The notes: generated by a model from the letters alone, not told the origin. A DNA stretch of 64,000 bases from Eledone cirrhosa (GCA_964016885.1 OZ024752.1:15872001-15936000), one strand, 5' to 3'. Shown: positions 39,900 to 54,767, counted from the stretch's first letter. Numbers and translations are program-made.

Positions 39900-40193
39900 G
39901 TGAGGAAGATGAAAGACCAAGGGAGCACCACTTCTCTGTGCTCCTGAGGAGAAGGGTTGCACACTTTTTTCGGGGGTGTGTGCGACCCCCCAAGGCGCCT
40001 CCTCTCTATTGAGGAATTTGTTATAAATTTTATTTTTTGTTATATTTTATTTTATTTTTATATATTGTTATTGCCTCCTCCTTATTGAGGACGCCTTGTT
40101 TTGTAAACTCCCCCCATTGTACTTGTCCCACTTTTGATGCCCTGGTGGCAAATAAAAGAAACATATCTATCTATCTATATATATATATATATA

Positions 40194-40267
<74 letters not shown>

Positions 40268-40399
40268 TTGGAATAGAACTCACTCGATATATAAGTTGGA
40301 ATAGAACTCACTCGATATGCAAATTAGGCTGCTCAGCCGTTAATTTTCATGAGGAAAGTATATACTTTCGAACGTTCAACCATCTGGCAGAAGGGTATA

Positions 40400-40440
40400 C
40401 GGTGCTGACGATAGCTAACAAGCTTGAAACTAGTACATCG
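40400..40440 (+). ncRNA. Minimal type I hammerhead in a ~300-bp TA-flanked element (40263-40560)
   Basis: CGGTG-CTGACGA-T-AGCT-aaca-AGCT-T-GAAA-CTAG-TA-CATCG. Confidence 0.8.
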
Positions 40441-40590
40441 TTCCTTGCACAAAAAGGTGACGTGGTTGCCTTAACACCGTACGGCATAAATCAGGCTGTC
40501 CGTTTGTTTCCAAACGAACAAAGCGCATGTTATAATAAATATTCGCTAAACTAATACGTACATATATATATATGTGTGCCTGTATGTATG

Positions 40591-40640
<50 letters not shown>

Positions 40641-41090
40641 TGCTACTGTACGTCTGTATACATATATGTATGTACGTATACATACATACTTATATATATA
40701 TATATATATATAGATAGATAGATAGATAGATATATATAAGTGGGTGTGCTGCTGTGTGTATTTGTGTGTCCATATGTTTATATGGAGGTTTCTTCAATTC
40801 TCTGTATCTCTGTCCATTCTCTGATCAGTAAATATTGAAACAACTCAAGTAATCGGCCTCTTCCTGTCTTCGGCGTTGGTCCGATTATGTTTCTCTTTCT
40901 ATTTTACATTATACATTATATGGCTAATTTGCTAGATCAAATACCTTGTCTTCTCATACATATATATACCAATACAACCTGTACGTATACACGTCTGTGC
41001 TTGCGCATGTATATCCCTCTGTGTGTGTATGTGTGTGAGTCCATCGCTTCCGGTTGATAAACTACTGTGTATATATGTATGAATATATGC

Positions 41091-41134
<44 letters not shown>

Positions 41135-41160
41135 GCGTGTGTGTGTGTATGTGCCTGTGT

Positions 41161-41242
<82 letters not shown>

Positions 41243-41581
41243 TGAGAAAGAGAAAGGGGGTAGGGAGAGAGAGTGATACAGTTTTTTTTATCAACAGGAA
41301 GCGTGAAACGTTACGTTCATACAAATATATATCAGATAATTCACACACTACAACAGTTACCTGAGGCAAACAGAAAACTGCATCAGTTCGTCGTCAGCCA
41401 CTTGCTGGCGAACAGTTTCGCACATTAAGTTGGTATTGCACTTGTAACGCCAGTTTGCACAAGAGTTTAGAGAATTGCTCATTTGGTAAGATGAGATGCA
41501 CAGTTTAACGGAAACACAACAAAGCATGGATAAAAAATGTTAGGGTTGTCTTTCCACACAAAATGAGATAAATACATATAA

Positions 41582-41711
41582 TTGTTTCTACAATAAGCAC
41601 AAGGCCAGCAATTATCCCAGTGTAATACTGGTACTTTATTTTATCGACCCCCGTTTGGATGAAAGGCAGTTAACCTCGATGGGATTTGAACTCAGAATGG
41701 CAAGGGCCGTA
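41582..41711 (-). mobile_element. 5'-truncated tRNA-derived SINE with ~20-bp TSD
   Basis: Same family as 6037; ATGAGATAAATACATATAAT is repeated on both sides. Confidence 0.8.
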
Positions 41712-42169
41712 ATGAGATAAATACATATAATATTACTAATGGGAATAAACAGACAGCTGACATGAAATTTTAAAGGATAAAATAATTAAAAGCTGGAGAA
41801 AAATTCGTAATTCTTAATCTGTGTCAAAGAAATATGGTTGAGGGGTGTAGGTTGTAGAGAACGATTGCGTTGCTTGTTGGTTCTCAAAGATGAAACCGAG
41901 AGGGAAAGATGGGAGAGAGAACACAGAGAAGAGAAAGTTACCGTCACATACATAAAAACCCAGAAGTGTATCGACATTGTGGTTTTGTTTACTTTTAACG
42001 CACTCTTCTTTCTACTTCCACTTTGTTCTTTTCCTTTCACTTTGGCGAGACTTTCTCCCCTATTCCTTCAGTTTCTTTTAACTGTCAATCAATATAGTTT
42101 TGCTTCGCTTTGCTTACCTTACAAATGTTTCTCAAAAGCCGAATTCCAGAAATTCTGGAAGGGGGAAAG

Positions 42170-45100
42170 GTTGAGCCTAGACATCCTCGGTACCTCAGGG
42201 CAGAATATGTCCTTCAACGAGGCCTTGAGGTATGTTGACGTGAAATAAAGCGGAAAAACAATCAGCCAGCCGTCTTCTGAGATATGACATCACCTCAACC
42301 GTAACCACGTCCAGCTCCTACAGACGTCAGGAGAGGAGCCTACACGTCAACAGGTCCGACAACTCTCAACCTTCACCTGCCCTTTGTAGCCACGAACGCC
42401 ATGTACAGTAGGGCATGAACTATACCCTGTCTACAACCACAAATGCACCAAGTCTGGTATCTTACACAATCATGAGAGTGTCTGCCACCAACAAGTGCAC
42501 CGTCTCCAATGACAGGCTCAAATGAACGGAGGATGCTACCACCATATTCAACAACCGCTGCAATGTAATTGACGCACCTGCCAGATCGTCTACCGAAGCA
42601 GTAATCCTTGATTACCATGTGTAAAACGAATTCTGCGTTCTTCAGACCCTCACTCCTTTGTCAATATCTCCATCCAAGATGACACAGCCGATACAAATGC
42701 TTTGGGCTTCTCACACCTCCCACAGGCCCAACCACCGTCGTCTCTTACAAAGGTATGGCAGACACTGGATGCCAGTCATGCCTGGTTGGGATAACTCTCC
42801 TGCCCAGAATGTGCCTGGACCGGATCATCTCATACCAGTTAACATGAAGATGGCGGTTGCCAACAGCAGCCCCATTGACATCATAGGTGCCATCACCTTG
42901 CGTATATCCGGGACTTCGCCTTCCATCAAAAAACAACAGACCCGCCATGTTGTATATTTCACCTCCACAACCGACAAGCTCTTCCTCTCCAAACAAGCCT
43001 GCGCTAACCTCCGGATGATCTACCCCACTTTGCCACAACCAGGGAAAGTCGTGAGAACACGTGCGCCCCACTGGATACAACACCTGCCACATTTACCAAC
43101 ACACCTAGCGAGCAGATACACAACACGAGCGGCTGCCCTCAACACCAACCACCACCTCCACCTCCCACATCACTCCCATTCACACCCAACATGGAGAACC
43201 GATGTCGCCTGGAGAAGTGGCTGCTGGAATATTATAATTACAGCATATTTAACGTCTGCGAATATCAACCCTCCCCAGGATATCCGGTTCACCAATCCGC
43301 CTAATGGTAGATCCCCACACCAAACCAGTCACCCACTACACACCCGGTCCCAGTCCACTGGCAAGAGGACGTGAAAGCTGGCCCCGACCGCAATGTTAGC
43401 TCTGGGGTAACAGAGCTCGTCCCTATCGGCATATGTGTCACCTGGTGCCACAGGATGGTGGTATGCCCCATGAAGTCGGGGAGACCTCGACAAACAGTCG
43501 ACCACCAGCCCCTCAACGGATCACCAAGCCCGTTCATTGCCACCATACACTTACAAAACCGTATTTGGTGCCTGGAATTGTTACCACAGCATCACCCTCG
43601 ATGAAGAAGATCGCCACCACACAATCTTTATCACACCTTGGGGCCGCTGTCGTTATTCATCACCTCTGGAGACGGCTACAGCCGACGGTTTGATGAAATT
43701 GTCTCACACATCCCCGAAAAAACGAAGTGTATTGATGACACATTGATGTGGTCCGACTCCATTGAGGAGGCACAGTCTTTCAGGATGTCCAATGGCTAAA
43801 CACCTGTTGTTTGAACGACAACATATTGAAACCCACAAAATTTCATTTCATCAAAACCACTGTCCAATTCGCAGGATTTGAGATAGCCCCTGCTACCGTC
43901 CAGCCCTGTGGTCGCTATATTGAGGCTATCCGAGAATTCTTCGTGCCAAAAAATATTACTGACATCTGCAGCTGGTTTTGCCTGATAAACTAGGTGTCCT
44001 ACGATTTCGCCTCCACCGAATGAATGCTTCCCGAGAACTCCTTAAGCCAGGCACTCGTTTTTTTTTGTGGACAGAGGAACTGAACAGATTATTTGCCAAG
44101 TCCAAATCTATCATCATCAGAGAGATCCAAAATCGGGTAGACAAAACCCACCTGCCACTGACTGGAGCAAAGACGGTATCAGATTCAGGCTGCTTCAAAA
44201 ACATTGCCCATGCCCCTCCAATAATCCCGGCCTTCCGTTCCAGAGCTTCGGACCGGATTACTGCCAGAACCATGGCCGCAACTACCTTGTGTCTGTTCAC
44301 AGATACAGCAACTCGTCCATTGTGGAGGAGGCTTCCAATGGTGCAGTAGGACTTATCACCGCTCTACGCCACATCTTTGTAAAATACGGCATGAGGGGAG
44401 AACTGACCTTGGACGGAGTCCAGAATTTACCTCAAAGCACACAGCCACCTTCCTCCGCAGCTGGGGAGGTCACCACGGGATTCCTTCAGTTGCCTCGCCC
44501 CATAGCAACTGCCGTGCTGAGGTTGGCGTTAAGACGGTAAAGCACCTCATTAGCGACAACACTGACGATAATAGTTCCCTTGACATCGATAGATTTTAGG
44601 CCACGCACCGATAGTCATAGTCCCCGGCCCAATTACGACCCCGGTACCAACAACCTTTACAAACCAACATGATGGAGAAGCCACACCAGACACCTAAGGA
44701 CGAGCCCCCCATCACCCAGGTTAACCAGCCTTTCCCAACATCGGAACATCGGAAGCTGACAACTCCGCGCCGAAAACCCTGCACACCCCACCCGCCTCGA
44801 GGGCCACTCCATTCAAACAAACAACACCAAGATTGACGAATCCAGTAATCCATACTAACCTAAGACACTTCATCAGTGGCCGGCCCCTAGAGCCCTTCGC
44901 TCCCTACTGCCACACAAAGCCCCTAATCTCAAGGAGCGGTATAGCCGACAGAAATCTGATCCACCACCTGACCCCCACTCTGTCCGACACTCGACTAACC
45001 AAAACTAGCACAAAACCCAATCAATGACTGACACAACAACCCCGCACGTGCCTTGTTTGAGTGACTCACTCACAGTACTGCATGTATGATCACTCAAACT

Positions 45101-45335
45101 CCTTACGACCGAGCTAGGTATTTTCAGTCTTTGTCAGACTTGGGAAGGAGTAGAGGAATAAGACCCGTACAGGCTCGTCCCTTATATCCCTTTGTTGTGG
45201 AACTCTTCTTTGTTAGACGTCAAAGTTATTTCGTCACTTTGCAAATGACTATCTAATGGACACAGACGTGCTGAGAAGTTCTTTTGTCATTGCTTCAGAA
45301 ATAAAGTCTTGAGAAAAGCAGAGAGTATTCGAGAC
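42170..45335 (+). mobile_element. Decayed Ty3/Gypsy LTR retrotransposon
   Basis: Fragments in the order RT (YHSI..FITPWGR; CIDD), RNase H (TDWSKDGI), integrase (IFVKYG..DG; SNCRAE..VKTVK). Purine tract at 45142-45150 precedes a probable 3' LTR. Confidence 0.85.
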
Positions 45336-46250
45336 TCATTTAGTACCTGCTGCTTCATAGGGCAAGTTTACAAAGTAGTGCGTTCTCACTGATTGGTTTC
45401 GCATTAGACCCATGTTGGAGGAGGCCTTAAACCTCTGAAGTTGGGATAGAAATAACCTTTGGTTTTTCGTTGGATTCATATTGCTCGACGTATTTGGCGT
45501 CTTCAACCTCTGAAGTTGGGATGGAAATCGCTTTTGGTTTCTCGTCGAGTAGATATTTCTGGAGGCATCTGGCGTTCTAGATCTCTGAACTAATCCCGCG
45601 AATAAGATTGGCTCCTTCACCATCCTACCAGACAAGGAATCCGACATTATGTTTACTAAAACCTTTAAACAATCATATACATACATTTCCGTTTTTTTAG
45701 GTAAAGAACAGGTAGATTCATAACAAGCGTTCGACACTATTTTCCACACTGTAGATAATATGGATATTCTTCTTAAATGAATTACATGAAATAGTTTTTC
45801 ACACTAAATTACACAAATCAATTATGACAATGTGGTTTCAGATAATCTAAAAGAGCTTATTATATCTCGTGACAGAGCAAAAGCAATAAATTAGATATAA
45901 ATCGCAGATTGTCAGCATGAAATAGTGAGAAAAGGAAGAGAGCTAGCTGGATACATAAAACTTGCATGTATATATATGAGTGTGTCTATTAACTGCATAT
46001 AATATACTCGCCCGGTGGATGGAGGAAAGTAAATATAAACAGACATTCTCGTTCACGTATTAATCTAATTGTCAAATTGGTTAAATGGCATTAACGATAC
46101 ATCGCAGTCGGTGGACATAAAACAATGAACCATTTTAGTTGTCTGTTATAACAAGCTGTTTTTAAACATGTTTTCCCTGTGTTGTGTTTAATGCCGTAAT
46201 AAATTTGTATTGCCAGTTTGAGCCAGCGGCAATACTGAATTGTCGACCCC

Positions 46251-46492
46251 TTCTTCTTCTTCTTCTTCTTCTTCTTCTTCTTCTTCTGCGCCCATTTATT
46301 CCTGAGAGAGTCGTGGGGACAGAGTCCTGAAACACTTCTTCCAGCAGGTCCTATCAGAAGCAACAGTCTACAACTGATCTAGCTGGATTCTCAGGCGAGA
46401 CCCGCCAAGCTCATGGATGCTATCCAACCATCTTGCTCGGGGTCTACTCCTGGGTCTCCTACCGGGTGATTTTGCCCGTAAAATCTGTCCAA
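46251..46492 (-). mobile_element. RTE LINE 3' end with (AAG)n tail
   Basis: GRRPRSRPRARWLDSI..DRTCWK. Confidence 0.7.
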
Positions 46493-47213
46493 GTGGTCTA
46501 TTGTACCAACATGCTGTTTTAAACGTGTATTTAAACTGTTTTGTGTTTAGTGGGGTAATATATGTATATTGCCTGTTTGAGCCAGTGTTGGTAATGATTA
46601 GTCGGCTCTGAAAACTTAAGATTTATCGGTTTCCTCATAGCACGAAATTAATGTATACCTTCTAGATTCCAAGGTGACGTTGAGAAGCCGAGAAACTTTA
46701 GATCTTAGGGGTTGAGGCCTCAAATTTATTCACTAATACATAGACTTTTCTTGCTTTCGTCTTTCTTTCATTTTCTCTCTCTCTCTCTCTATCTTTCTCT
46801 ATATCTCTCTCAGCAATATTTCACTCTCGTCGTTCTTTTTCTCGGCAAAATGCAGATATGACATTAAATCTTACAAGAGAACTGATCCCGGTGAAGACAA
46901 ACAGTGGCTAGGGGGCAAGGCATTCCCGGTACCAAGTGCCCAGGGAACCAGGGTGCTGAGTTAATTAAAGAGATTGGAAAGTCATTAGTTCCCTAAATAT
47001 AACATAACGAATTATTGAAATTATTCTCCAGCAGACACGAACGATATCTGTTTAGGTGAAGTGGAAATTAGAAAGAAAATTCAATTTATTAATGCAAAGG
47101 GAATGAAGAAAATAAATATTTAGATAAACGGTAATACATCTCATAATCTATAAACAGTTGGGATAGGAGAATATATATTTATGTATATATATATATATAT
47201 ATGTGTGTGTGTA

Positions 47214-47246
<33 letters not shown>

Positions 47247-47657
47247 ATGTGTGTGTGTGTGTGTGTGTAGGTGTGTATGTGTATATATGTATGTATAAAT
47301 ATATATATATGTGTATATATATATATGTGTGTGTATGTGTGTATGTATCTACATACATATAGGTACATACATATATATATGTTTATATATGTGTATGTAT
47401 ATATACATATATATATATATATGTATGTATATATATATGTATGTATGTCTCGCTGTCTGCATTACCACAGTATGACACTATCTGTGTGTGTGTATATATA
47501 CATGTGTATATATAGTGTGTGTATATATATATATATATAGTGTGTAACGTCGGTTTTCGAAATATTTAATTCTGCGTTCACAGATTGATTTTTTTAGTTT
47601 CAGAAGATCCCGTTAAGTGTGAAAGCAGCGATTCTTCGCTCAAACTTTAATCTGTTA

Positions 47658-47913
<256 letters not shown>

Positions 47914-47980
47914 ATTATATATATATATATATATATAATTATATATATATATAATTATATATATATATATATATAATTAT

Positions 47981-48678
47981 ATACGGATTAACAAATAATA
48001 GTTAAATGCAGTCCACTTAGGTGAAGTCCAGTTATGGTATTCCAGGTAGTGGATGATATTAACGCTTGGCTTGGTTTGACTCAACAAGGCGTTTTCATAG
48101 TGATGCTGCGGGTATGCTGTAATTCCTATGTTGTAAACACTTGGAGTAATAATAAATCAGGAAAGAAGGTTTACATGGTTTGCTATACAAAAAAGTTTTT
48201 AATCACATAGCTTACATTTGTTTCACTGGACTGGTATGTCTAGAGATCGCTATCCGCCTAATTTTGCGTCACTCGATCGCCAATACAGAATTATAACCAG
48301 TCAGATCTTCGGAGCATGCGAGAATGAAGAAAATACACAGGCAAGAAAATAAAAGAAAATATGGAGTAGTTATGGCATTCAATTAGAACAATAAACAACA
48401 ACAATTATTACAACAATGCTATCAATAAACTATTTAAGGAGACCCTGACATTACTTAGGTGGGGGGTATATAATGTATCTAATGTTACGGCGTGAAAACC
48501 AGCTGTCATAAGGCAAAAAGTATCGTAGTGTGTATCAATTTTAAATTATAAAGATAAGCTAGTTTTTACAGTCTTTCTCTTCATCTTCAACCGTATACAT
48601 GAGTGGGACCACTGTCAAAGCTCAATAGTTGTAGAGTTAATACAGAGGTTAACGAATTAATATACGCATATATCTACG

Positions 48679-48738
<60 letters not shown>

Positions 48739-51700
48739 AATATAAATACATATACACATATATGTGTACATAGACACATACATACACACTAATATACACT
48801 CGTACAAAAATATACATACATGCAAAGAGAAAAGCGTGCTAATTGTAATATGGCAAAAAGAAGGTAAAGTAACATTGTAGTAGTGAAATGAGAAAAACTA
48901 GGATCTAGGATCAAATGATTGCAGCAGCTGAGAAGGAGTAAGATTGTTGGTAGATGAGGTATTTACAGACTATTGTGTGGTATAGACTTGTGAAGGAAAT
49001 AGTATACTTAATGAATATATATTTTTTTTTTTTTTTGTGGGTAGTAGGTATCCTAATTTAAAGCTATGTTATGTTGGTTCGATTCACGGAGGTTTGAATC
49101 TTATGAATTTAGTGGCTATTCTATGCCTGCAGAAGATAGATCTTTCTAACTTATTATTAAGTAGTCTTTTAACATTTCTAAGGATATACAATAGCTCAAG
49201 ATCACACAGCCCGCAATAGGACATACCTGTACTATAGGTTTTAGCAGCCGACAACTTCGACCAGTTGATAGTGTAGCTAGCGTTGCTGTCCTTCAATTCC
49301 CATATTTTTCTGGCGAGGGTGGTGGAACCCATAAGAGCTCGGTTTTTCATCGAGTGCCTATGCACATACCATCTTTTCTTAATGAACCCGCGGTGGATCC
49401 TATGTAATTCCAAGTGGAGTTACCCGAGATGACAGTGCACATGTACACCAGACTCGAATCGAGACATCTATTCGCCAATGGGCACCTATCTGGGAGGTGA
49501 CAGTTGCAGTTTGAGGCGCTATTATGTGCAGCTTTTACATTCCTATTTAGTACCCTGTTATAAGTGGGTTGTGATATATGCCCAATGGGGTTTTGCTGCT
49601 GCGCGTTTGTATGCGCTTGTGGTTGTGATGTTGTGATGAGTTTGTGCTTATGTATAGGTGCAATTGATTTACTTGAGATATTTCTGCGGTTGATCTTGCG
49701 TATGTGTGATTCTATGTTAGCTGCTGTTGAAAAAGAGAGTTTTATAGTAGATCTATTGAGTAGTTTGTGATATCTATGCGAGATAGGGAAGTGTTTATCT
49801 ATTAGTTTAAAGAATATAGAGGGCAGTCTAGTTTTTATAGAGGAGTTGAATATTGGGTTGAACCATAGGTATTTCCTTTGTCTGTTTCTTCTATTGTTTC
49901 TAGGGTTTACGTTATTAGTGTTTTGGCCGTTTACTCTAGGTGTTACATGTCTAACCCTATGTCTAGTCAAGCTATTCTTATTATTATGTGAGCGGTTGGA
50001 GTAGAAATTACTAGGATTGTTTATGTTGTCCTTATTCACTATATACTGTAGTTTATCTTTATGACCGGCCCTACTTAATGCTGCATTATAATAGTCAGCA
50101 TGCTCGTTAAAGATTTCTAGGTTTGAGGATAGGCGGGATATTCGGAGGGATATACTACGTGCTATGGATTTAATTATGGATTTGGGGTGATTTGAGTTGT
50201 AACTAATGTAGGCAAGATTTTCATTATTTTTGTGGAAAGGTTCTATTAATCCAGTATTTAGATTTAGAGTTACATCTAGAAAATTTACCTTCTTATGGTT
50301 TAGTTCGTAGGTAATACTTAGGCCTAGTTTTTTGAAGAATATTCTAATATTTTTCCTTAGTCTTTCCATGCTCTGGTTGTTTAGGTTCCTAGCTATAAGT
50401 AACGTGTCGTCCCTATAAATTCCTCCTTGGAGGTTACTGAATTCCTTATGTAGGTTGTGTGCTATGAATAGCCCCACGATATCTGTAATTTGCGCAGAAT
50501 CATTTGAACCCATTGTAATATCGAAGCTATTTATTCTATCCTTTCTTACCCAGTAGTTATTTTCAAATTTTACGATAGTCCTTCTAGCCGCTATTATTAT
50601 TTCAATTTCATCATGGGTAAGATCAGAGTTATTTTGGGCAAATATAAGCGCCTTATCTAGGGTAGCTGGGGATATGGATGCATAATAGTCGTCTATATCA
50701 AATTGTATGAAGTTACACGTATCCCTATTTTGTATTTTATTGAACCATTTAATTGCCTCGTTAGTGTTGCCCCATAGATTGATTTCTAGTTTACCCTTTA
50801 TTTGTGCGATTACCCTATCTAGAATGTTTTTGCTAATTTTACCTATGTCTGACTTGGATGGGCATATTAATCTAATGGTAGGATTAGTTTCAAAGTTATT
50901 TTTGTGATCTTTCAGGTTAAATGTAGGGTTGCACGGGGTAAGCGGTTCGGTCCTATCTGAAATTCCGAGTTTGTTAACTATCTTGAGGCCCTCCATGTTT
51001 ATGCTGGTGAGTGTAGATTCATTTGTTTTTTTATATTTTTTATGTAGTTCACGCTGAATAAAGTTATTGTATGTGTTAATGTCCATAGAGTATACGTTTG
51101 ATGTTTTGTCTGCTTTTACTATGATACCGTTAGTATCTTTTAGTTTTTTAAGTAATGTGTTTAAGTCATTTTGCAATTTGTTGTGATTTGTTCTTTTTTT
51201 AAATTTAGTTTCACTTATCATGTTCATAAGGTCCAGCTCGAAGGCATCGAGTGCGGGGTTGTTTGGCGGGTTTTTGCAGGATTTAAACCCGTAATTCTCC
51301 TTGGAAAATTCCCTTCTGTTGGTATTCGGTCCCTTATCGAAATGGTAAGCTTTCCATCGGACCCTGCGGATGAAATCATTAGTCCGTCGTATCATGCCCA
51401 GTGTATAGTCCTTTTTTGTAGGTACAGGTATGTTTTTTAGTGACATACCTATACAGTGCTTCTCCATGTTGTTGCCGTGCGTTAATGGTGTTGCTCGACC
51501 AGGTGGGAGCTAAATATACGGATTAACAAATAATAGTTAAATGCAGTCCACTTAGGTGAAGTCCAGTTATGGTATTCCAGGTAGTGGATGATATTAACGC
51601 TTGGCTTGGTTTGACTCAACAAGGCGTTTTCATAGTGATGCTGCGGGTATGCTGTAATTCCTATGTTGTAAACACTTGGAGTAATAATAAATCAGGAAAG

Positions 51701-52213
51701 AAGGTTTACATGGTTTGCTATACAAAAAAGTTTTTAATCACATAGCTTACATTTGTTTCACTGGACTGGTATGTCTAGAGATCGCTATCCGCCTAATTTT
51801 GCGTCACTCGATCGCCAATACAGAATTATAACCAGTCAGATCTTCGGAGCATGCGAGAATGAAGAAAATACACAGGCAAGAAAATAAAAGAAAATATGGA
51901 GTAGTTATGGCATTCAATTAGAACAATAAACAACAACAATTATTACAACAATGCTATCAATAAACTATTTAAGGAGACCCTGACATTACTTAGGTGGGGG
52001 GTATATAATGTATCTAATGTTACGGCGTGAAAACCAGCTGTCATAAGGCAAAAAGTATCGTAGTGTGTATCAATTTTAAATTATAAAGATAAGCTAGTTT
52101 TTACAGTCTTTCTCTTCATCTTCAACCGTATACATGAGTGGGACCACTGTCAAAGCTCAATAGTTGTAGAGTTAATACAGAGGTTAACGAATTAATATAC
52201 GCATATATCTACG

Positions 52214-52271
<58 letters not shown>

Positions 52272-52595
52272 AATATAAATACATATACACATATATGTGT
52301 ACATAGACACATACATACACACTAATATACACTCGTACAAAAATATACATACATGCAAAGAGAAAAGCGTGCTAATTGTAATATGGCAAAAAGAAGGTAA
52401 AGTAACATTGTAGTAGTGAAATGAGAAAAACTAGGATCTAGGATCAAATGATTGCAGCAGCTGAGAAGGAGTAAGATTGTTGGTAGATGAGGTATTTACA
52501 GACTATTGTGTGGTATAGACTTGTGAAGGAAATAGTATACTTAATGAATATATATTTTTTTTTTTTTTTTTTTTTTTTTGTGGGTAGTAGGTATC
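47981..52595 (-). mobile_element. Full-length Penelope-like element (family D): pLTR-ORF-pLTR
   Basis: 47981-49052 is directly repeated at 51516-52595 around the ORF; 3' end in (TA)n. Confidence 0.93.
49084..51467 (-). pseudogene. PLE RT plus GIY-YIG ORF with a single 1-bp frameshift near 49381
   Basis: ADKT, FDIDDYYASI, FDITMGS, IYRDD, CNC..CPL..C..LVY..YIGST. The inverted copy at 52.6 kb keeps the unshifted frame (GSFKKRWYVH). Confidence 0.9.
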
Positions 52596-53276
52596 TCCAC
52601 TTGGAATTACATAGGATCCACCGCGGGTTCTTTTAAGAAAAGATGGTATGTGCATAGGCACTCGATGAAAAACCGAGCTCTTATGGGTTCCACCACCCTC
52701 GCCAGAAAAATATGGGAATTGAAGGACAGCAACGCTAGCTACACTATCAACTGGTCGAAGTTGTCGGCTGCTAAAACCTATAGTACAGGTATGTCCTATT
52801 GCGGGCTGTGTGATCTTGAGCTATTGTATATCCTTAGAAATGTTAAAAGACTACTTAATAATAAGTTAGAAAGATCTATCTTCTGCAGGCATAGAATAGC
52901 CACTAAATTCATAAGATTCAAACCTCCGTGAATCGAACCAACATAACATAGCTTTAAATTAGGATACCTACTACCCACAAAAAAAAAAAAAAATATATAT
53001 TCATTAAGTATACTATTTCCTTCACAAGTCTATACCACACAATAGTCTGTAAATACCTCATCTACCAACAATCTTACTCCTTCTCAGCTGCTGCAATCAT
53101 TTGATCCTAGATCCTAGTTTTTCTCATTTCACTACTACAATGTTACTTTACCTTCTTTTTGCCATATTACAATTAGCACGCTTTTCTCTTTGCATGTATG
53201 TATATTTTTGTACGAGTGTATATTAGTGTGTATGTATGTGTCTATGTACACATATATGTGTATATGTATTTATATT

Positions 53277-53336
<60 letters not shown>

Positions 53337-53863
53337 CGTAGATATATGCGTATATTAATTCGTTAACCTCTGTATTAACTCTACAACTATTGAGCTTTGA
53401 CAGTGGTCCCACTCATGTATACGGTTGAAGATGAAGAGAAAGACTGTAAAAACTAGCTTATCTTTATAATTTAAAATTGATACACACTACGATACTTTTT
53501 GCCTTATGACAGCTGGTTTTCACGCCGTAACATTAGATACATTATATACCCCCCACCTAAGTAATGTCAGGGTCTCCTTAAATAGTTTATTGATAGCATT
53601 GTTGTAATAATTGTTGTTGTTTATTGTTCTAATTGAATGCCATAACTACTCCATATTTTCTTTTATTTTCTTGCCTGTGTATTTTCTTCATTCTCGCATG
53701 CTCCGAAGATCTGACTGGTTATAATTCTGTATTGGCGATCGAGTGACGCAAAATTAGGCGGATAGCGATCTCTAGACATACCAGTCCAGTGAAACAAATG
53801 TAAGCTATGTGATTAAAAACTTTTTTGTATAGCAAACCATGTAAACCTTCTTTCCTGATTTAT
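52590..53863 (+). mobile_element. Inverted 5'-truncated copy of family D
   Basis: Reverse complement of ~48150-49420; ends in (TA)n. Confidence 0.92.
53697..53809 (+). ncRNA. Hammerhead with CCGAAGA core and long stem II (copies 48206-48318 and 51741-51853, minus strand)
   Basis: CATGCT-CCGAAGA-T-CTGACTGGT...ACCAGTCCAG-T-GAAA-CA-aa-TG-TA-AGCTATG. Confidence 0.65.
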
Positions 53864-54583
53864 ATATAATTATATATATATATAATTATATATTTGTGTA
53901 CAGATATTTTTGCATACACAATAACAAAATATACGTATTTATTTCACGAGGCTCGATAAGGATAAATATATATCAAATATATAAGAACCCTAGATCAAAT
54001 ATTGTTCTCATTGCTGAAGAGGCAGAAGGGGATATACACGATTACTTGAAGAAGGACGAGACTGTGTTAGTAGTACGATTAACGGCTGCTATCATACCAA
54101 CAGCAGCAACAACAACAACAAAAGAGATGGAACGCAATTACATGCTTTTGAAAAATCTTAATGGAAAATTATTTGCCTATTCACCCAAGGCGACTTCACT
54201 TTTTATTAGGACTTCTGCATCAATTGGTGAACATACGACGAGATTGTTTCAGAAAGGAGAGATAAACAAGCCAATCTATGGTTACAATCCCGAGCAACGC
54301 CGGGCCATTCTGCTAGTATATATTAAACCCACAACGTTATGTCGTCAGATGAGAATTTTCCAATCATTGAATTACCAGCAAGCGTGTAATTTATACAGAC
54401 ACACACGCACATACACAGACATACATACACACTGATACACACACACACACACACATATATATAATGTGTGTGTGTGAGTGAGAGAGGGGGGAGATAGAGA
54501 GAGAGGCTCTTTTAATTATTTTCTATTTGTGCTTGTATTAATGCCGAACTATATACTCATATATCATTATCTATAAAAGGCAG

Positions 54584-54764
54584 GTGGATTGGCAGTATCG
54601 GTAGAGGGTCGGACGCCATGCTTTCCAGCATAGTTACGTCCCTTTACGATCTGAGTTCAAATCCCGCCGAGGTTGACTTTGCCTTTCATCCTTACGGGGT
54701 CGATAAAATAAAGTACCAGTAATGCACTGGATAATTGCTGGCCTTGTGCCTAAAGTAGGAACAA
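54584..54764 (+). mobile_element. tRNA-derived SINE with 17-bp TSD, inserted at the Helitron 5' end
   Basis: TTATCTATAAAAGGCAG at 54567 and 54765. Confidence 0.88.
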
Positions 54765-54767
54765 TTA

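Noticed and set aside
41340-41425. CTGACGA and GAAAC on the minus strand as a permuted hammerhead
   Set aside because: Could not close stems I-III consistently.
53896-54435. 179-aa ORF
   Set aside because: Starts in a repeat shared with 28590 and 59310 and ends in a microsatellite; no recognisable domain.
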